64,000 nucleotides of DNA from positions 62,001-126,000 of the forward strand of contig PPNB01000003.1 in the NCBI GenBank assembly GCA_003707115.1, read 5' to 3'. Every line of letters begins with the position of its first letter. Position 1 is the stretch's first letter. The translations under genes and the position numbers were made by a program. The notes under the pieces were generated by a model. That model did no database searches. It had not been told where the DNA came from and worked only from the letters and a program-made list of their open reading frames with translations. The stretch comes from Tortispora ganteri. Lineage: Eukaryota. Of the stretch, positions 41,651-52,203 are shown one piece after another.

Positions 41651-43549
41651 ATGAAACTATCTGTGCTTCTATATACTGCCTCGATATCTGCTCTCGTAAT
41701 AGAAAAGCCTATTAATGACAACACTATAGCCCGAGCAAAAGAAGTGGCGAAACTGCATCCTCTCTATTATAGACATGAGAGCCACGATGTGACTTCAGGA
41801 ACTATGGACATGGATATGGACATGTCTGAAGACCATTCGCCTCACGAAATACATAAACAATCTGGACATTCTGAGCATTCAGAATCAATGCATATGCATA
41901 TGAGCCCCGACTGCGAAAAGAATCCTTCCTTATGTGAATACATAAAACCTGAAATACCTAAGAAGATACTCGATCAAGCACCCGATGACGAAACCAGGGA
42001 ATTATGGAAGTCATATGACGCAAGCTCTTTCTTAAGATGGCCTGAACACCGAGGTGCTGCCGTATTTCACATGATCTTAGTATCAATTGCTTGGATTGTT
42101 GTATATCCATTGTCAATAGCCTTGGAAGCATCGAATAGCCCTCTTTACTACCCTGTTTTTACTGCATTTATGGCTCTTCACCTTTTCTCTTCGTTTGTAC
42201 TGATGGCATACTTCTCTTCAGTACCAGATCTATATCCGAACAACTGCTACCCTCGAATGCTGTTTGTAAGCACGTTAATACTACTTGTATACTCATTGGC
42301 TGTGTACATTAAAGGAATGTCACGCGTGCTTGGAATAAGTCACGGCGACACGTTACCCTACGCAAAACGCATGGATGACTGCATACCTTTAGGTGATTAC
42401 GATCCTGAGGGTCGTGCTTCATCTGATTCTGGTCTTGCATCACTCTCTCCCATAGAGGACGACATAGTTAGCGATAGCATCAACTTATTCACATTTTCCA
42501 ATGGCGTGCCATTTGAATACAGATTGATGTCCTGGTTTGAAAGTAAACTTTCACCATTTGTAGCCAACCGCCCTTGGCTTAACAGGATACTCACTGGATT
42601 CAACCGTTTATCTAGTATAATATGTTCTTTACTAACGCGTCCCATGCTGCTTTTAGGAGCTTCACACATTCTAATCATGGTATCTGTTCTGAATGGTATG
42701 GGCGTGGGATCTAAGGTATTCAACTTGTTGGCTCATCTTATCAAGGGCAGTGTTTTCTTTTACTACGGAATCTTTGCGTTCTGCAAGACGTTAGGATGTT
42801 TTGCTGACTGGGGCTGGGCCTGGAATATTAAGCCACCATCTACATCGCGGTTAATTAATGCTATTCCTTCTAGCGAGTTCGTTGAAGCTTCACTAATTTT
42901 GCTTTACGGATCCACGAATATATTCTTGGAGCATTTAGGAAATGCTGGTGGCTCTTGGTCTGCGATGGATTTACAACATGTCTCTATTGCATTTTTATAT
43001 TTAGGCTGTGGAATATGTGGAGTTATTTTTGAATCCAAAACAGCTCGCAATTTGTTTAATTATAGCTTGAACAGCATCGGAATTCACAATGGTGATGCTT
43101 CTGCTATTGCACCTGTGCAGTATAAGTATTCATTCAATCCTTTTCCGGCATTCACTGTATTCTGGACAGGTGCATTAATGTCGCAGCATCAACAGATGAC
43201 TATTTTGTCTACTGCAATCCACATGGCTTGGGGATACTTGCTTTCGGCTGGCGCTATTCTTCGTTTTTTGACTTATAGCATCATGTATATACGACCTCCT
43301 GAATCATATCTTCCCTCGAGACCTATCACCGAAATATTTGCTTCTTTTTGCTTGATATGTGGAGGCATGGTGTTCTGCTTATCTAATGCCCAAACGGTTG
43401 AGGCGATGCTTCACATGAAACTTTCTATTATGTTTGTTCTCAATGTGAGCGTCGGAATCTCTATCTTGTTTATGGCTTGGCTTATGATTTTGCTTGTTGT
43501 CAAAGGATGGGGTTTCAAACGTGCTGCTATTGCTGCAGGCTCTGCTTAA
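41651..43549 (+). CDS. Ytp1-like (DUF2427 + Ytp1) multi-pass membrane protein
   Basis: PDLYPNNCY, LAHLIKGSVFFYYG, GWAWN, SEFVE, FLEHL, DLQH and YLPSRPITE motifs. Confidence 0.88.
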   Translation: MKLSVLLYTASISALVIEKPINDNTIARAKEVAKLHPLYYRHESHDVTSGTMDMDMDMSEDHSPHEIHKQSGHSEHSESMHMHMSPDCEKNPSLCEYIKPEIPKKILDQAPDDETRELWKSYDASSFLRWPEHRGAAVFHMILVSIAWIVVYPLSIALEASNSPLYYPVFTAFMALHLFSSFVLMAYFSSVPDLYPNNCYPRMLFVSTLILLVYSLAVYIKGMSRVLGISHGDTLPYAKRMDDCIPLGDYDPEGRASSDSGLASLSPIEDDIVSDSINLFTFSNGVPFEYRLMSWFESKLSPFVANRPWLNRILTGFNRLSSIICSLLTRPMLLLGASHILIMVSVLNGMGVGSKVFNLLAHLIKGSVFFYYGIFAFCKTLGCFADWGWAWNIKPPSTSRLINAIPSSEFVEASLILLYGSTNIFLEHLGNAGGSWSAMDLQHVSIAFLYLGCGICGVIFESKTARNLFNYSLNSIGIHNGDASAIAPVQYKYSFNPFPAFTVFWTGALMSQHQQMTILSTAIHMAWGYLLSAGAILRFLTYSIMYIRPPESYLPSRPITEIFASFCLICGGMVFCLSNAQTVEAMLHMKLSIMFVLNVSVGISILFMAWLMILLVVKGWGFKRAAIAAGSA

Positions 43550-43708
43550 GCAATGACGTACTGCTGCAACAGGCGGGGTATTTTGCGTTTGAATACAAGC
43601 TCCATTTTCACTGTTTATTTGTTTTGCTTTTCAATCTCGTTAATTCTATGACATTCATAAAGTACATATTTAATTCGTAGTCGTTATTTTTCCGTTAGTA
43701 GTAAGGCG

Positions 43709-44416
43709 TTAACTGTTGAGGAGATGCCATTGTTCACATTCAAAATTGGCATAGCACCTGAACTCATTGCTGAGACCGTTAGCATGTTCCGGTAAGAAAT
43801 CAGTTGTTCGCATGCTATGTTTCTTGTATAATTTGTGTATTTTTGGTTCCATTCTTTCTCCCGTGCATACGATGAACTTTGGATCAGTGTCTATTGTGCT
43901 TAGCAATGCGGCGCTAATGGCTGATTTGGTTTGACATTCATCGGACAGGAATGGCGGATCTAGCACAACCATATCAAACGAATGTTTAAGTGAGTCTTCA
44001 ATTTCAAATGGTTTATTAAAATCATAATGAGAGAACCGTCTACCTAAAGCGGCAAATCGGTCGTCTACTTCAAAAAGGACACATTTCTCTGCTTTATCTA
44101 CATACTGCGGATCCTCCTTTGCAAGTTCTATAATCGCAAAATACGTAGATGGCGCAGAAACAACGGCTATCTTGTCTCCGTGAGTCAACGCTGCCTGTGC
44201 AATGGTACGCGATGTCTCCTTCGTGTACCAGAACTGACTGAGGTTCCAATCTTCTTGGAACGTGTCCATATTTATATTTATTGTTTTCACAGACTCAAAC
44301 CGATCTTGTGCCTCAGTTGCAAGCTGCATAAACTTCTCTTCATGACTTGCCTTTTCTCTTAAAAACTCGTTTAAAATAGCTAGCGTCTCTTCGCTTAAAG
44401 CGATATCATCAGACAT
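43709..44416 (-). CDS. EFM5: eEF1A lysine methyltransferase Efm5 (N6AMT2)
   Basis: EDWNLSQFWY, VSAPS, DPPFLS and HANGLSNEFRCYANF motifs. Confidence 0.95.
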   Translation of the reverse strand: MSDDIALSEETLAILNEFLREKASHEEKFMQLATEAQDRFESVKTININMDTFQEDWNLSQFWYTKETSRTIAQAALTHGDKIAVVSAPSTYFAIIELAKEDPQYVDKAEKCVLFEVDDRFAALGRRFSHYDFNKPFEIEDSLKHSFDMVVLDPPFLSDECQTKSAISAALLSTIDTDPKFIVCTGERMEPKIHKLYKKHSMRTTDFLPEHANGLSNEFRCYANFECEQWHLLNS

Positions 44417-44463
44417 TGTCTGTCGTTAAATTTCGCATCAAACTCGATTCTTAACAATTAAAG

Positions 44464-44471
44464 TTACCCGG
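44464..44471 (+). promoter_or_regulatory. Reb1-type site TTACCCGG in a 101-bp divergent promoter
   Basis: Exact consensus centred between the EFM5 and RKM3-like starts. Confidence 0.6.
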
Positions 44472-44517
44472 CTTTACATAACGGCACAATTTTCTTAGTA
44501 CGGAGCCATTAGTACGC

Positions 44518-45975
44518 ATGGGTGACATACTCGATGATTTAATAGACTGGATAATAAAAGAGGGCGGCCATGTTGATACGAGAGTACGGTTTCAATATGA
44601 GTTTGAGTACACAGCTTACGCTTCAGAATCAATTGAAGAAGGCTCAACTATTGTCCAGGTGCCCAAATCATGTCTGATCTGTGTGCGAAACTCGCCATTA
44701 TCCAATGTGATTGAATCTGAACTGTCAGGGATCGTCGCTCTAGCTGCTGTATTGCTCTATGAAATACAGTGCTACTTCGAGGACCGCGAATCAACACCTT
44801 GGGCGTCTTATATTCGTATAATCGATCCTCCTTCAGCTTTGGAGTCCGATGATCCAATGGTCAGACAGCAGACTCTGTTAGACATTGATACCTCTTGCCA
44901 ACTCTGGCCTGATCCGCAAATACTTAAAGGAACAAATGTCGATCTTATAGGAGCATTATCATCTGCAGATTTGACAGAAATGTACCAACTATTTGCAGAG
45001 TTCGTTAACAAACACAAACACCTATTCCCTAACCGGCCATTATGCTCACAACAGTCCTTTTTATGGGCATTCAACTGCGTTTCCAGGCGTGCATTTGAAA
45101 TTGACAACTACCGGGGTTTGGCGCTGTGTCCGTTAGCAGATTTGTTAAATCACTCACCGGAAGTCTTGTCTAACTGCAGGTTCATGACCCCGGATCAAGT
45201 ATGCGATATCTGTGGGTCCTGGGACACCTGCGAACATGATAATGAATTAAACGAAACAGACGAAGAATCGAGCTGTGAATCGAATGATGAATCAGAAATA
45301 TCAACTGAACCACCTGATTGCATTGATGAAGTAAACCAGGAAGAAATAGACTTCTGCGAAATCGTTACTCATTCACCTATTCTCAAAAACGAGGAGATTA
45401 TCAATACTTATGGTCATCTAAACAACGCCATATTGCTCATGAAATATGGGTTTGCAATAGAAGACAACCCTGATGATATCCTTATAATAGGTCCTCAGTT
45501 ATCTAATTTAATAAGGTCGAAATGTCCTAGAATTTGGAGATACTGGATTAAGCACTTCAACCAGATTTGCAAACAGGGATCTTCTTCTGATTTTCAGACA
45601 ATTTGCATTTCCACGCCAACTTTGGCTCCGCACGTATTATCTAACGGTGAATTGTCAGTAGAGGCACAAATACTAATAGGTTTCTTCATATCGGCTATAT
45701 TAGCGGGACAGTCTTCTATCTGCAGGTGCTTAAATATACGGAAAGCCTGCTTCCAGGCTTTGTATATTTTCAGGTCACGTCTTTATCTCAGGTCAAAAAT
45801 CATTTCAATGGCCATTAAAGCCAGAATAACACAAGTGAATCAGCCAATTAACGTGAAAACTGCGCACAGTGCTGTTCAAGAAAGACATATTCGTTTCACT
45901 CGCGCTTCTAAAATTTCTGAAATACACATAGCTGAAAAGGCTTTACAGAAATATAGACGTAAACAAAAAATATAA
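44518..45975 (+). CDS. RKM3: SET-domain ribosomal lysine methyltransferase, Rkm3-like
   Basis: SRRAFEIDNYRGLALCPLADLLNH, VCDICG..CEH insert and EIINTYGHLNNAILLMKYGF. Confidence 0.7.
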   Translation: MGDILDDLIDWIIKEGGHVDTRVRFQYEFEYTAYASESIEEGSTIVQVPKSCLICVRNSPLSNVIESELSGIVALAAVLLYEIQCYFEDRESTPWASYIRIIDPPSALESDDPMVRQQTLLDIDTSCQLWPDPQILKGTNVDLIGALSSADLTEMYQLFAEFVNKHKHLFPNRPLCSQQSFLWAFNCVSRRAFEIDNYRGLALCPLADLLNHSPEVLSNCRFMTPDQVCDICGSWDTCEHDNELNETDEESSCESNDESEISTEPPDCIDEVNQEEIDFCEIVTHSPILKNEEIINTYGHLNNAILLMKYGFAIEDNPDDILIIGPQLSNLIRSKCPRIWRYWIKHFNQICKQGSSSDFQTICISTPTLAPHVLSNGELSVEAQILIGFFISAILAGQSSICRCLNIRKACFQALYIFRSRLYLRSKIISMAIKARITQVNQPINVKTAHSAVQERHIRFTRASKISEIHIAEKALQKYRRKQKI

Positions 45976-46003
45976 TGCAAATGCTCAACTATGCAGTCTC
46001 ACC

Positions 46004-49000
46004 TTAAATTTTTTTGTGCAATAGATACCAACTATCGTCCGACGATTCACTTCCATCATCGACTCGAGCTGCGTCAGATACAGCAATTACTTCCTCTTTA
46101 GACTGACGATACGTCTTAGACCGGTCTAACGAAACCTTAGCAGCTAAACTGTATAAACCGTAAATGTCCGACACTGCTGTTTCAACCCCGTTCTCTTTTC
46201 GAATCCGTTCACCCAAAGACTTCGCCCGATTGATAATACGATCATCTCGAAGACATCTTGTTAGCGCCTTAGATAAACCATCAACCGTGATCTTGTGCAG
46301 GAACTTACCGACTCCAAGGTCCTCCACTCTAGTAGCATAAAAATACTGATCTCCAAAAAATGGCTTGATCAAAGTAGGAATACCTGCACGCAAACTGGCA
46401 CCAGTTGTTCCACTTCCACCGTGGTGAACAGCAGCATCAATTCGAGGGAATAGCCAATCATGAGGTATGGAATCAATCGCTAGTACTTGGTCAGGGAAAA
46501 CAACAGATTCATCGTCATTAGTCGCATCCTCTTTTTTGCTTCCTCTAGTAGACCATCCCTTCACAAGAATACAGTATGTATCGGCCCGAACGACAGCTTT
46601 CACAATGGTCTCGGTTAGTTTTTTCGCATTATCAACTATAATGGATCCAAACCCAATGTAAACGATCTTCTTGTTCTGCTTTCGAGCTTTTTCAATAAAC
46701 GACACAACTGTACTATCCGGTTGATATTTTTCCGCTTCGTTCAAAAACCAATATCCTGTTACTTTCACCCAATCAGGAAAATCAACAGGAGGAACGAAAA
46801 CAGAAGGGCTTACACAATAGAGAAACGGGGTCTTGTTCTGTTGAATGCGTCTGTAAGAAGTATGCGGAATTCCAAGAGTTTTCTTTCTCCATCGGTTCAC
46901 TTGTCCACTAATTGCTTTCCAGAAAACACTGTCAAACATAGCATATGTAAGAGAGTTATAGGAACCACCCATCTTCTGGTCTGGAACCATAAACGCATGC
47001 GGATATGCCCGAGTCCTAGTCCATGGCATAGTAAAAGCTCTAAAATATGGGATCTTAAGTGCCTCTGCTATATGTATCCCAGACATCGTAGAAGGCGATT
47101 CAATTAGTAAATCAGCTCCTTGACAAGCCTCCCATGAAGTTTGAAACAATTCATCAATCCAACTTCGAAACTTAGATGAAGCTTCTTTCAGAAAATTGTA
47201 CGAAAACATGCCGTTTTCAATACATAAAGCCATTATCTTTGACGGATCTCCAGCAACTTCTCTAAAACCAATACCATAACTCTCGATCCAATCTTTAAAT
47301 TCTCCATGCGTAGCAATGGTAACCTTGTGGTTGTCTTCCATCAGCCGAAGAGCTAGAGCAATATAAGGTTGAACGTCACCACGTGAGCCAATAGTAAGAC
47401 AAATAACGTGCCAGCTCGTAGATGGTTTATACGTAGCTTTAACCTGTCCTTCATCCTTAAAGATAATAGGCACAGGTTCTTGTAGCCCAATCCGTTCTTG
47501 AGATAAGTTAGTGTCACTATCCATTGAATAGCCCTTTAATTCCACTAATCGTGACGGTGAAATAGGTGCTCTGATACCTCCGACCTCAGCGCTTAATGCT
47601 GAAGCTAAGCTATCTCGCCGAAGATTCCAGCCAGAGCCCCGGAGTTCATCAATAGCACGAAGAGTTTGCACTTCACAATCATCCCTATTGGCTTGGCTTC
47701 CAAATTCAAAGAAGACCTCTTCAAATCCATGAATGACTATGACAAGACCCGAGTAGCCAAATCTAAAGCCACGCTCACGGTCAAGAGTCTCAATATCCTT
47801 CAAAGGAAGTATCATCTTGGTATTTGTTCCTGGTAAAAGAGATCTATAGCAAAAATAATTGGTAGACAAATAAATTTTGCCATATATCGGAAGTAAGCGG
47901 TGTAAATGCGCAAAGTAAGAAGCAATGAGTTGTTCTTTGTCTGTGAGATTAAAATAGTCACGAAACCGTTGAGCAGTAGCTTCAAGGTCTGCTGCATCAA
48001 CTAAGTCATCCGACCTTTGAAGTTCACTGGAGTCAAAATGCTTAGCAGGAGCAGTCCACATTTCGGATACCTTTCCTATATATGTTAGAGGATTAGGAAG
48101 AAGGTTGTTAGCAATGCGAGAGCCGTCTTTAACAAGCCCAACTAGAGAAGTACGACCAGTATCAATACTTAGCTTAACGCCTTCTGGTACAGGATTCAAC
48201 GAGTAGTCAGTAGCACGCCGTTTAGGCGATTCAGAATCAATAGAGGATAATCTAGAGATAGGAATGATCTTTCCAGCCATACGCACTCCTGCTTTAACAA
48301 AAGATCCACCAGCATTCATCAAGGGACCGATAGTACGGCCTGTTGCGTATGAATAAGCCATTGATCTTCTTCGAGATCCTTTGCGAGAAAAAGTAAGCGG
48401 CGGAGAATCAGGTGGAGTTTCTTGGTCAGAATAAATAGGACTTTTATCTGTGTCAGGATTGAGAGATTTTGCCTCTTGCACCGGGTTCGATTTATTCACT
48501 ATTTCACTAATTGTGGAAAACAGCGATTCTTCCTTACCGAAGACGGCAAAAATATAATCATCTATAGCATAGCTGCCACTTTCGTCCACGACCTTTATTC
48601 TGAAAGAATTAGCAAACTCGAAGAGACCGACGGGCTCTAGTTCTAGGATATTAACCAGGGGGATTGCGATTTTCACACTACCACCATCATTTTGACTTCT
48701 AAAAGTTGTATTTATCAGAGCTGAAAGCCAGCTTTCAGCATTCTCGGGAGAATCAGCTCTTAGTGAGTAATTTTTAGAACCGACAAGGAGTTGGATCGTG
48801 AGAGAAGGAGAGTTAGGATCTGCAGAAGGTTTCATTCTTATATGTTCGATGCGGCTTAAGTCGATTATACCGGAAGGGAAGTAAAGCATATTAGAATCTT
48901 CGTGAAAGGAGAGAAAGTCTGATCTAAGTACGAACCAATAACGGGATCCGCCGCGTATACCATTTTCCTTTATTAGGGAGCCAGACTTGACGACCTCGCC

Positions 49001-49672
49001 AGTGCGTCGTGGAGGAAGGTAAGAATAGAAGTATAGATGAGATTGAGTGAGATAGAGAAGGCCCTGTAGGAGCACGTTTTTCAGAAGCCAGCATTTACAA
49101 GATGCTATGAATTCTTCATCATCGGCCATGCTAAACACAGCTCTGAGTCTAGCGTCTAAGGAAGGACGTACGGAAGACGTTAGCTCAGAGAAAACAGAAG
49201 TCTTATCAGAAGACGGGTCAAGACAAGGCAAACGTGATGAACCAATTATAGAGATATTGTCCATTTCCTGGTCATCGCTGTAGGCGGGGTCTATCATAAT
49301 TTCTTCTTCAGCGTCGGAAGCGACGCTATCGCTTAAATCTTCATCTGAGGAGGGATCAGGGTCAAATACGTTTGGGACGTCAGCCTTTGAAGCGGCAGAT
49401 ATTACTGTGAATACATTGCCCTGAGTGGGGCCCGGCATTGATACAGCTGCAGCATCGTCGTCATCGTTATCATCGTTATCATCGTTATCCGCAAAGTATT
49501 CGTTATCAGCAGTTAGTGGGTCGATATCGTCATCCAATACGTTCAATTTGCTAACTACCGTACTTCTGCTGCATGTTGAAGATGAATTGAAGGTATCTGA
49601 GGCGGCATTGGAATCTTGGTTACCGGTATTAGTATTAGATGGATCATTGTGAGGCGGGGTAGAGGAGGACAT
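46004..49672 (-). CDS. ATG26: Sterol 3-beta-glucosyltransferase (GRAM-PH-GRAM-GT)
   Basis: PH and GRAM domains, TIGSRGDVQPY, FTMPW, IPHDWLFP, HHGGSGTTGASL and PFFGDQ. First ATG at 49672. Confidence 0.97.
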   Translation of the reverse strand: MSSSTPPHNDPSNTNTGNQDSNAASDTFNSSSTCSRSTVVSKLNVLDDDIDPLTADNEYFADNDDNDDNDDDDAAAVSMPGPTQGNVFTVISAASKADVPNVFDPDPSSDEDLSDSVASDAEEEIMIDPAYSDDQEMDNISIIGSSRLPCLDPSSDKTSVFSELTSSVRPSLDARLRAVFSMADDEEFIASCKCWLLKNVLLQGLLYLTQSHLYFYSYLPPRRTGEVVKSGSLIKENGIRGGSRYWFVLRSDFLSFHEDSNMLYFPSGIIDLSRIEHIRMKPSADPNSPSLTIQLLVGSKNYSLRADSPENAESWLSALINTTFRSQNDGGSVKIAIPLVNILELEPVGLFEFANSFRIKVVDESGSYAIDDYIFAVFGKEESLFSTISEIVNKSNPVQEAKSLNPDTDKSPIYSDQETPPDSPPLTFSRKGSRRRSMAYSYATGRTIGPLMNAGGSFVKAGVRMAGKIIPISRLSSIDSESPKRRATDYSLNPVPEGVKLSIDTGRTSLVGLVKDGSRIANNLLPNPLTYIGKVSEMWTAPAKHFDSSELQRSDDLVDAADLEATAQRFRDYFNLTDKEQLIASYFAHLHRLLPIYGKIYLSTNYFCYRSLLPGTNTKMILPLKDIETLDRERGFRFGYSGLVIVIHGFEEVFFEFGSQANRDDCEVQTLRAIDELRGSGWNLRRDSLASALSAEVGGIRAPISPSRLVELKGYSMDSDTNLSQERIGLQEPVPIIFKDEGQVKATYKPSTSWHVICLTIGSRGDVQPYIALALRLMEDNHKVTIATHGEFKDWIESYGIGFREVAGDPSKIMALCIENGMFSYNFLKEASSKFRSWIDELFQTSWEACQGADLLIESPSTMSGIHIAEALKIPYFRAFTMPWTRTRAYPHAFMVPDQKMGGSYNSLTYAMFDSVFWKAISGQVNRWRKKTLGIPHTSYRRIQQNKTPFLYCVSPSVFVPPVDFPDWVKVTGYWFLNEAEKYQPDSTVVSFIEKARKQNKKIVYIGFGSIIVDNAKKLTETIVKAVVRADTYCILVKGWSTRGSKKEDATNDDESVVFPDQVLAIDSIPHDWLFPRIDAAVHHGGSGTTGASLRAGIPTLIKPFFGDQYFYATRVEDLGVGKFLHKITVDGLSKALTRCLRDDRIINRAKSLGERIRKENGVETAVSDIYGLYSLAAKVSLDRSKTYRQSKEEVIAVSDAARVDDGSESSDDSWYLLHKKI

Positions 49673-50180
49673 TTGTGGCGCACTCAAGGCGACTTAAACA
49701 AATAAAATACAAAGATCAATATATAGACAATTAAAATGTAAAATAATGATCCTATAAGCGTCTAAAAAGTTGTTTGATCTGTAGTGGCGTCAATAAGCAG
49801 TTCTGGTAGTGTATATGTGTATATAGGTAGGGTTAGCGGTATTGTTGTAGTTTACTCCCATCAATTTTAGAACGTGGTAATAAGAGGGTGTTAATTTGAC
49901 ATGTAATTATTGAATATTTATTGAATTCTTGTATGAACTTTATTTAATTTGTTAATTGGTTATTTTTAAAATGAATGTACGAATTTTTTGGTTCTAGAAA
50001 ATGGGTTGAGAAATGAATCGTAAAAGGGATGAAAACAAGGAATATTGCAGATTCCAAATGGAGATCATTATAAAGATTTTGCAGACTGTAAATTAGATAT
50101 CATTACAAAGATTTTGCAAATTATAAATAAGAGATTTTGTATCAGTATATTTGTTTGTCAATACTTGTATGTTTTATGTG

Positions 50181-50218
50181 ATTATAACCGTATGCATGTA
50201 TATGCATACGGTTATAAT
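50181..50218. repeat. 17-bp perfect inverted repeat with a 4-nt spacer
   Basis: ATTATAACCGTATGCAT-GTAT-ATGCATACGGTTATAAT. Confidence 0.95.
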
Positions 50219-50528
50219 TCGTTAGTTAGCAGCAGCGCCAGAAATATAGAAGCCTAAAGACGAATCTATATAAATTATTGTTCCTAAAAAGTTGAATAGC
50301 TAGTATTACTTATAAATCAGATGGAAATGCAATTTGTTTATTGTAAATGTCATATGTTCCTTATATAAAACCAGAGTAGGTAATCGACTGAGGAAACTTT
50401 ATCGGCAAGAAAGGTTAAAACAATGGCATTGTTAAGTTTCTGAGGGTTGGAAAAAAAGCGAATGACAATTTTCTTCCTTTTGCCATGGAACAGTAATGTT
50501 CTCTCATGTAGGCATATATATATTTATA

Positions 50529-51437
50529 TTAGACAGGAATATCTTCTATTTTCCAACGCAGATCTTCTGTGAAAAACTTGTCGTCCACCGACTGGTTTTC
50601 GAGGTCCACGTATAAAGATGTACCGCTTGCGAATATGAAAAGCGGGTTGAATCGGACAAGTCTTGGCAGATAAGCACGTCCTTGTTGCTTAGAATCCCAT
50701 GGTGCAGGGAAAAACTGCTTAAAGACAAGTGAACCGACCACAATTCCTAGCAAAGAGCCCACTGTGACATCGAAGGCATGATGTCTTGCATCATTGACGC
50801 GCGAACCGGCAATAATGAATCCCAATAGTAGCGGGGCAAATACCACAAACAATTTCCATGAATGACCCCTTTTATCAAACGCTTGAAGTAGACCAGCAAG
50901 GTAGAGTGAAAGAAATGTCATGCCAGTAAGCGCATTAGAGGAATGACCTGAAGGGAACGATCGAAATCCTTCGTAAAGGAACCCTTGATCTGTTTGCAAA
51001 CAATTAGCAACAGTAGCAAGCTTAAACCTGGCTATCTGACCTGTGGGGTTACATCGTGCGAGAATGTCGGGTCGCGGTTTACCGACCACAGTCTTTAGTG
51101 AATTAGTGATGAACATGTTGATTGCAAAGGCAATTACCAAGCCAAGTAGTCCACATTGCGCGTCCCACCATTTCCGCGACCAGGACCGTTTAGGTAGTAA
51201 AAATGATGTCAAAATAATGATAATAATAGGAAAAATTGCACATAAAAGGACCACATCGCCGTTCGAGAACGTCTCGGGGTTTTTGAACGGATACATTAGC
51301 GACGGATTGTCTATAAAGAACGGTTGCGCTCGTGGAGTCATATGTCCAATTATTTCCGCCACTACAATCAATGAAAAGCTAATAACGTAATCCGTGGCAT
51401 AAGAGAAAATAGTCGACCACTTATCTGCGGAACTCAT
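50529..51437 (-). CDS. PAP2 lipid phosphate phosphatase (Dpp1/Lpp1-like)
   Basis: KTVVGKPRP, SFPSGHSS and SRVNDARHHAFD catalytic motifs. Start at 51437 or 51506. Confidence 0.92.
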   Translation of the reverse strand: MSSADKWSTIFSYATDYVISFSLIVVAEIIGHMTPRAQPFFIDNPSLMYPFKNPETFSNGDVVLLCAIFPIIIIILTSFLLPKRSWSRKWWDAQCGLLGLVIAFAINMFITNSLKTVVGKPRPDILARCNPTGQIARFKLATVANCLQTDQGFLYEGFRSFPSGHSSNALTGMTFLSLYLAGLLQAFDKRGHSWKLFVVFAPLLLGFIIAGSRVNDARHHAFDVTVGSLLGIVVGSLVFKQFFPAPWDSKQQGRAYLPRLVRFNPLFIFASGTSLYVDLENQSVDDKFFTEDLRWKIEDIPV

Positions 51438-52203
51438 CGTCCTTGCGAGTGGACAGTACGGAGAAAGGAAAGTATGCCAAAATATGGTTACCCTGCTTTG
51501 TATCATCACACTACTGTTTCAAGTATTATACGAAGTAGCCGCAGTTCATGAACAAGTTTACAAATCCAAATTCGTACAAAATGCCTGTAAATTTATGTAA
51601 ATACTAGTAATTTTTACTAAAAAATACGTTATAAAGCTACCGTAGTTATTGCCTTGTCTGCACGTTTACTACACCTTTTACGTGTCATGTCAATGCATGA
51701 CCACTGCACCTGTTTGACTTTTAAAACTTTATCACATATAAAGTTTAAGGAAGCGCCTCATTCAGACATCTTTTTACATTGATATTTCTATACTTCGTCA
51801 TTAAATAATAAGAGTTTAGTATTAGAAACTATCAATTCATTATTGCTAAGCATTATTGCCTGCTAGACTTCTACTCAGCTCTAAAAAGCATCACATTTAG
51901 AGTTTTCTTGTGCAACGTTGACTTTCCCACTTCCCCCTTCCTCAGCCACATACCTTTCCCTTGAAAGATCCAAATCACCTTTTGACTATCAACTAAATTC
52001 TTTATAAGCCACTCATTAAATACCTTCAAACCTCTTTGATTTTATTATACATCTGCAGAAAGAGAGATCTTTATACATATAGAATAATTTCTAAAAATCT
52101 GACTCGTCTGGCTTATTTTGCATAGCTGTTCCTGCGGCGTATCGCATCTTTAACAGTAAACATTCAGCAATATCATCGTACTCTAGTATAGCGATATTAC
52201 AAG

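Noticed and set aside
49981..49991. Sm-site-like AATTTTTTGG
   Set aside because: No snRNA sequence or structure is recognisable around it, and the background is AT-rich.
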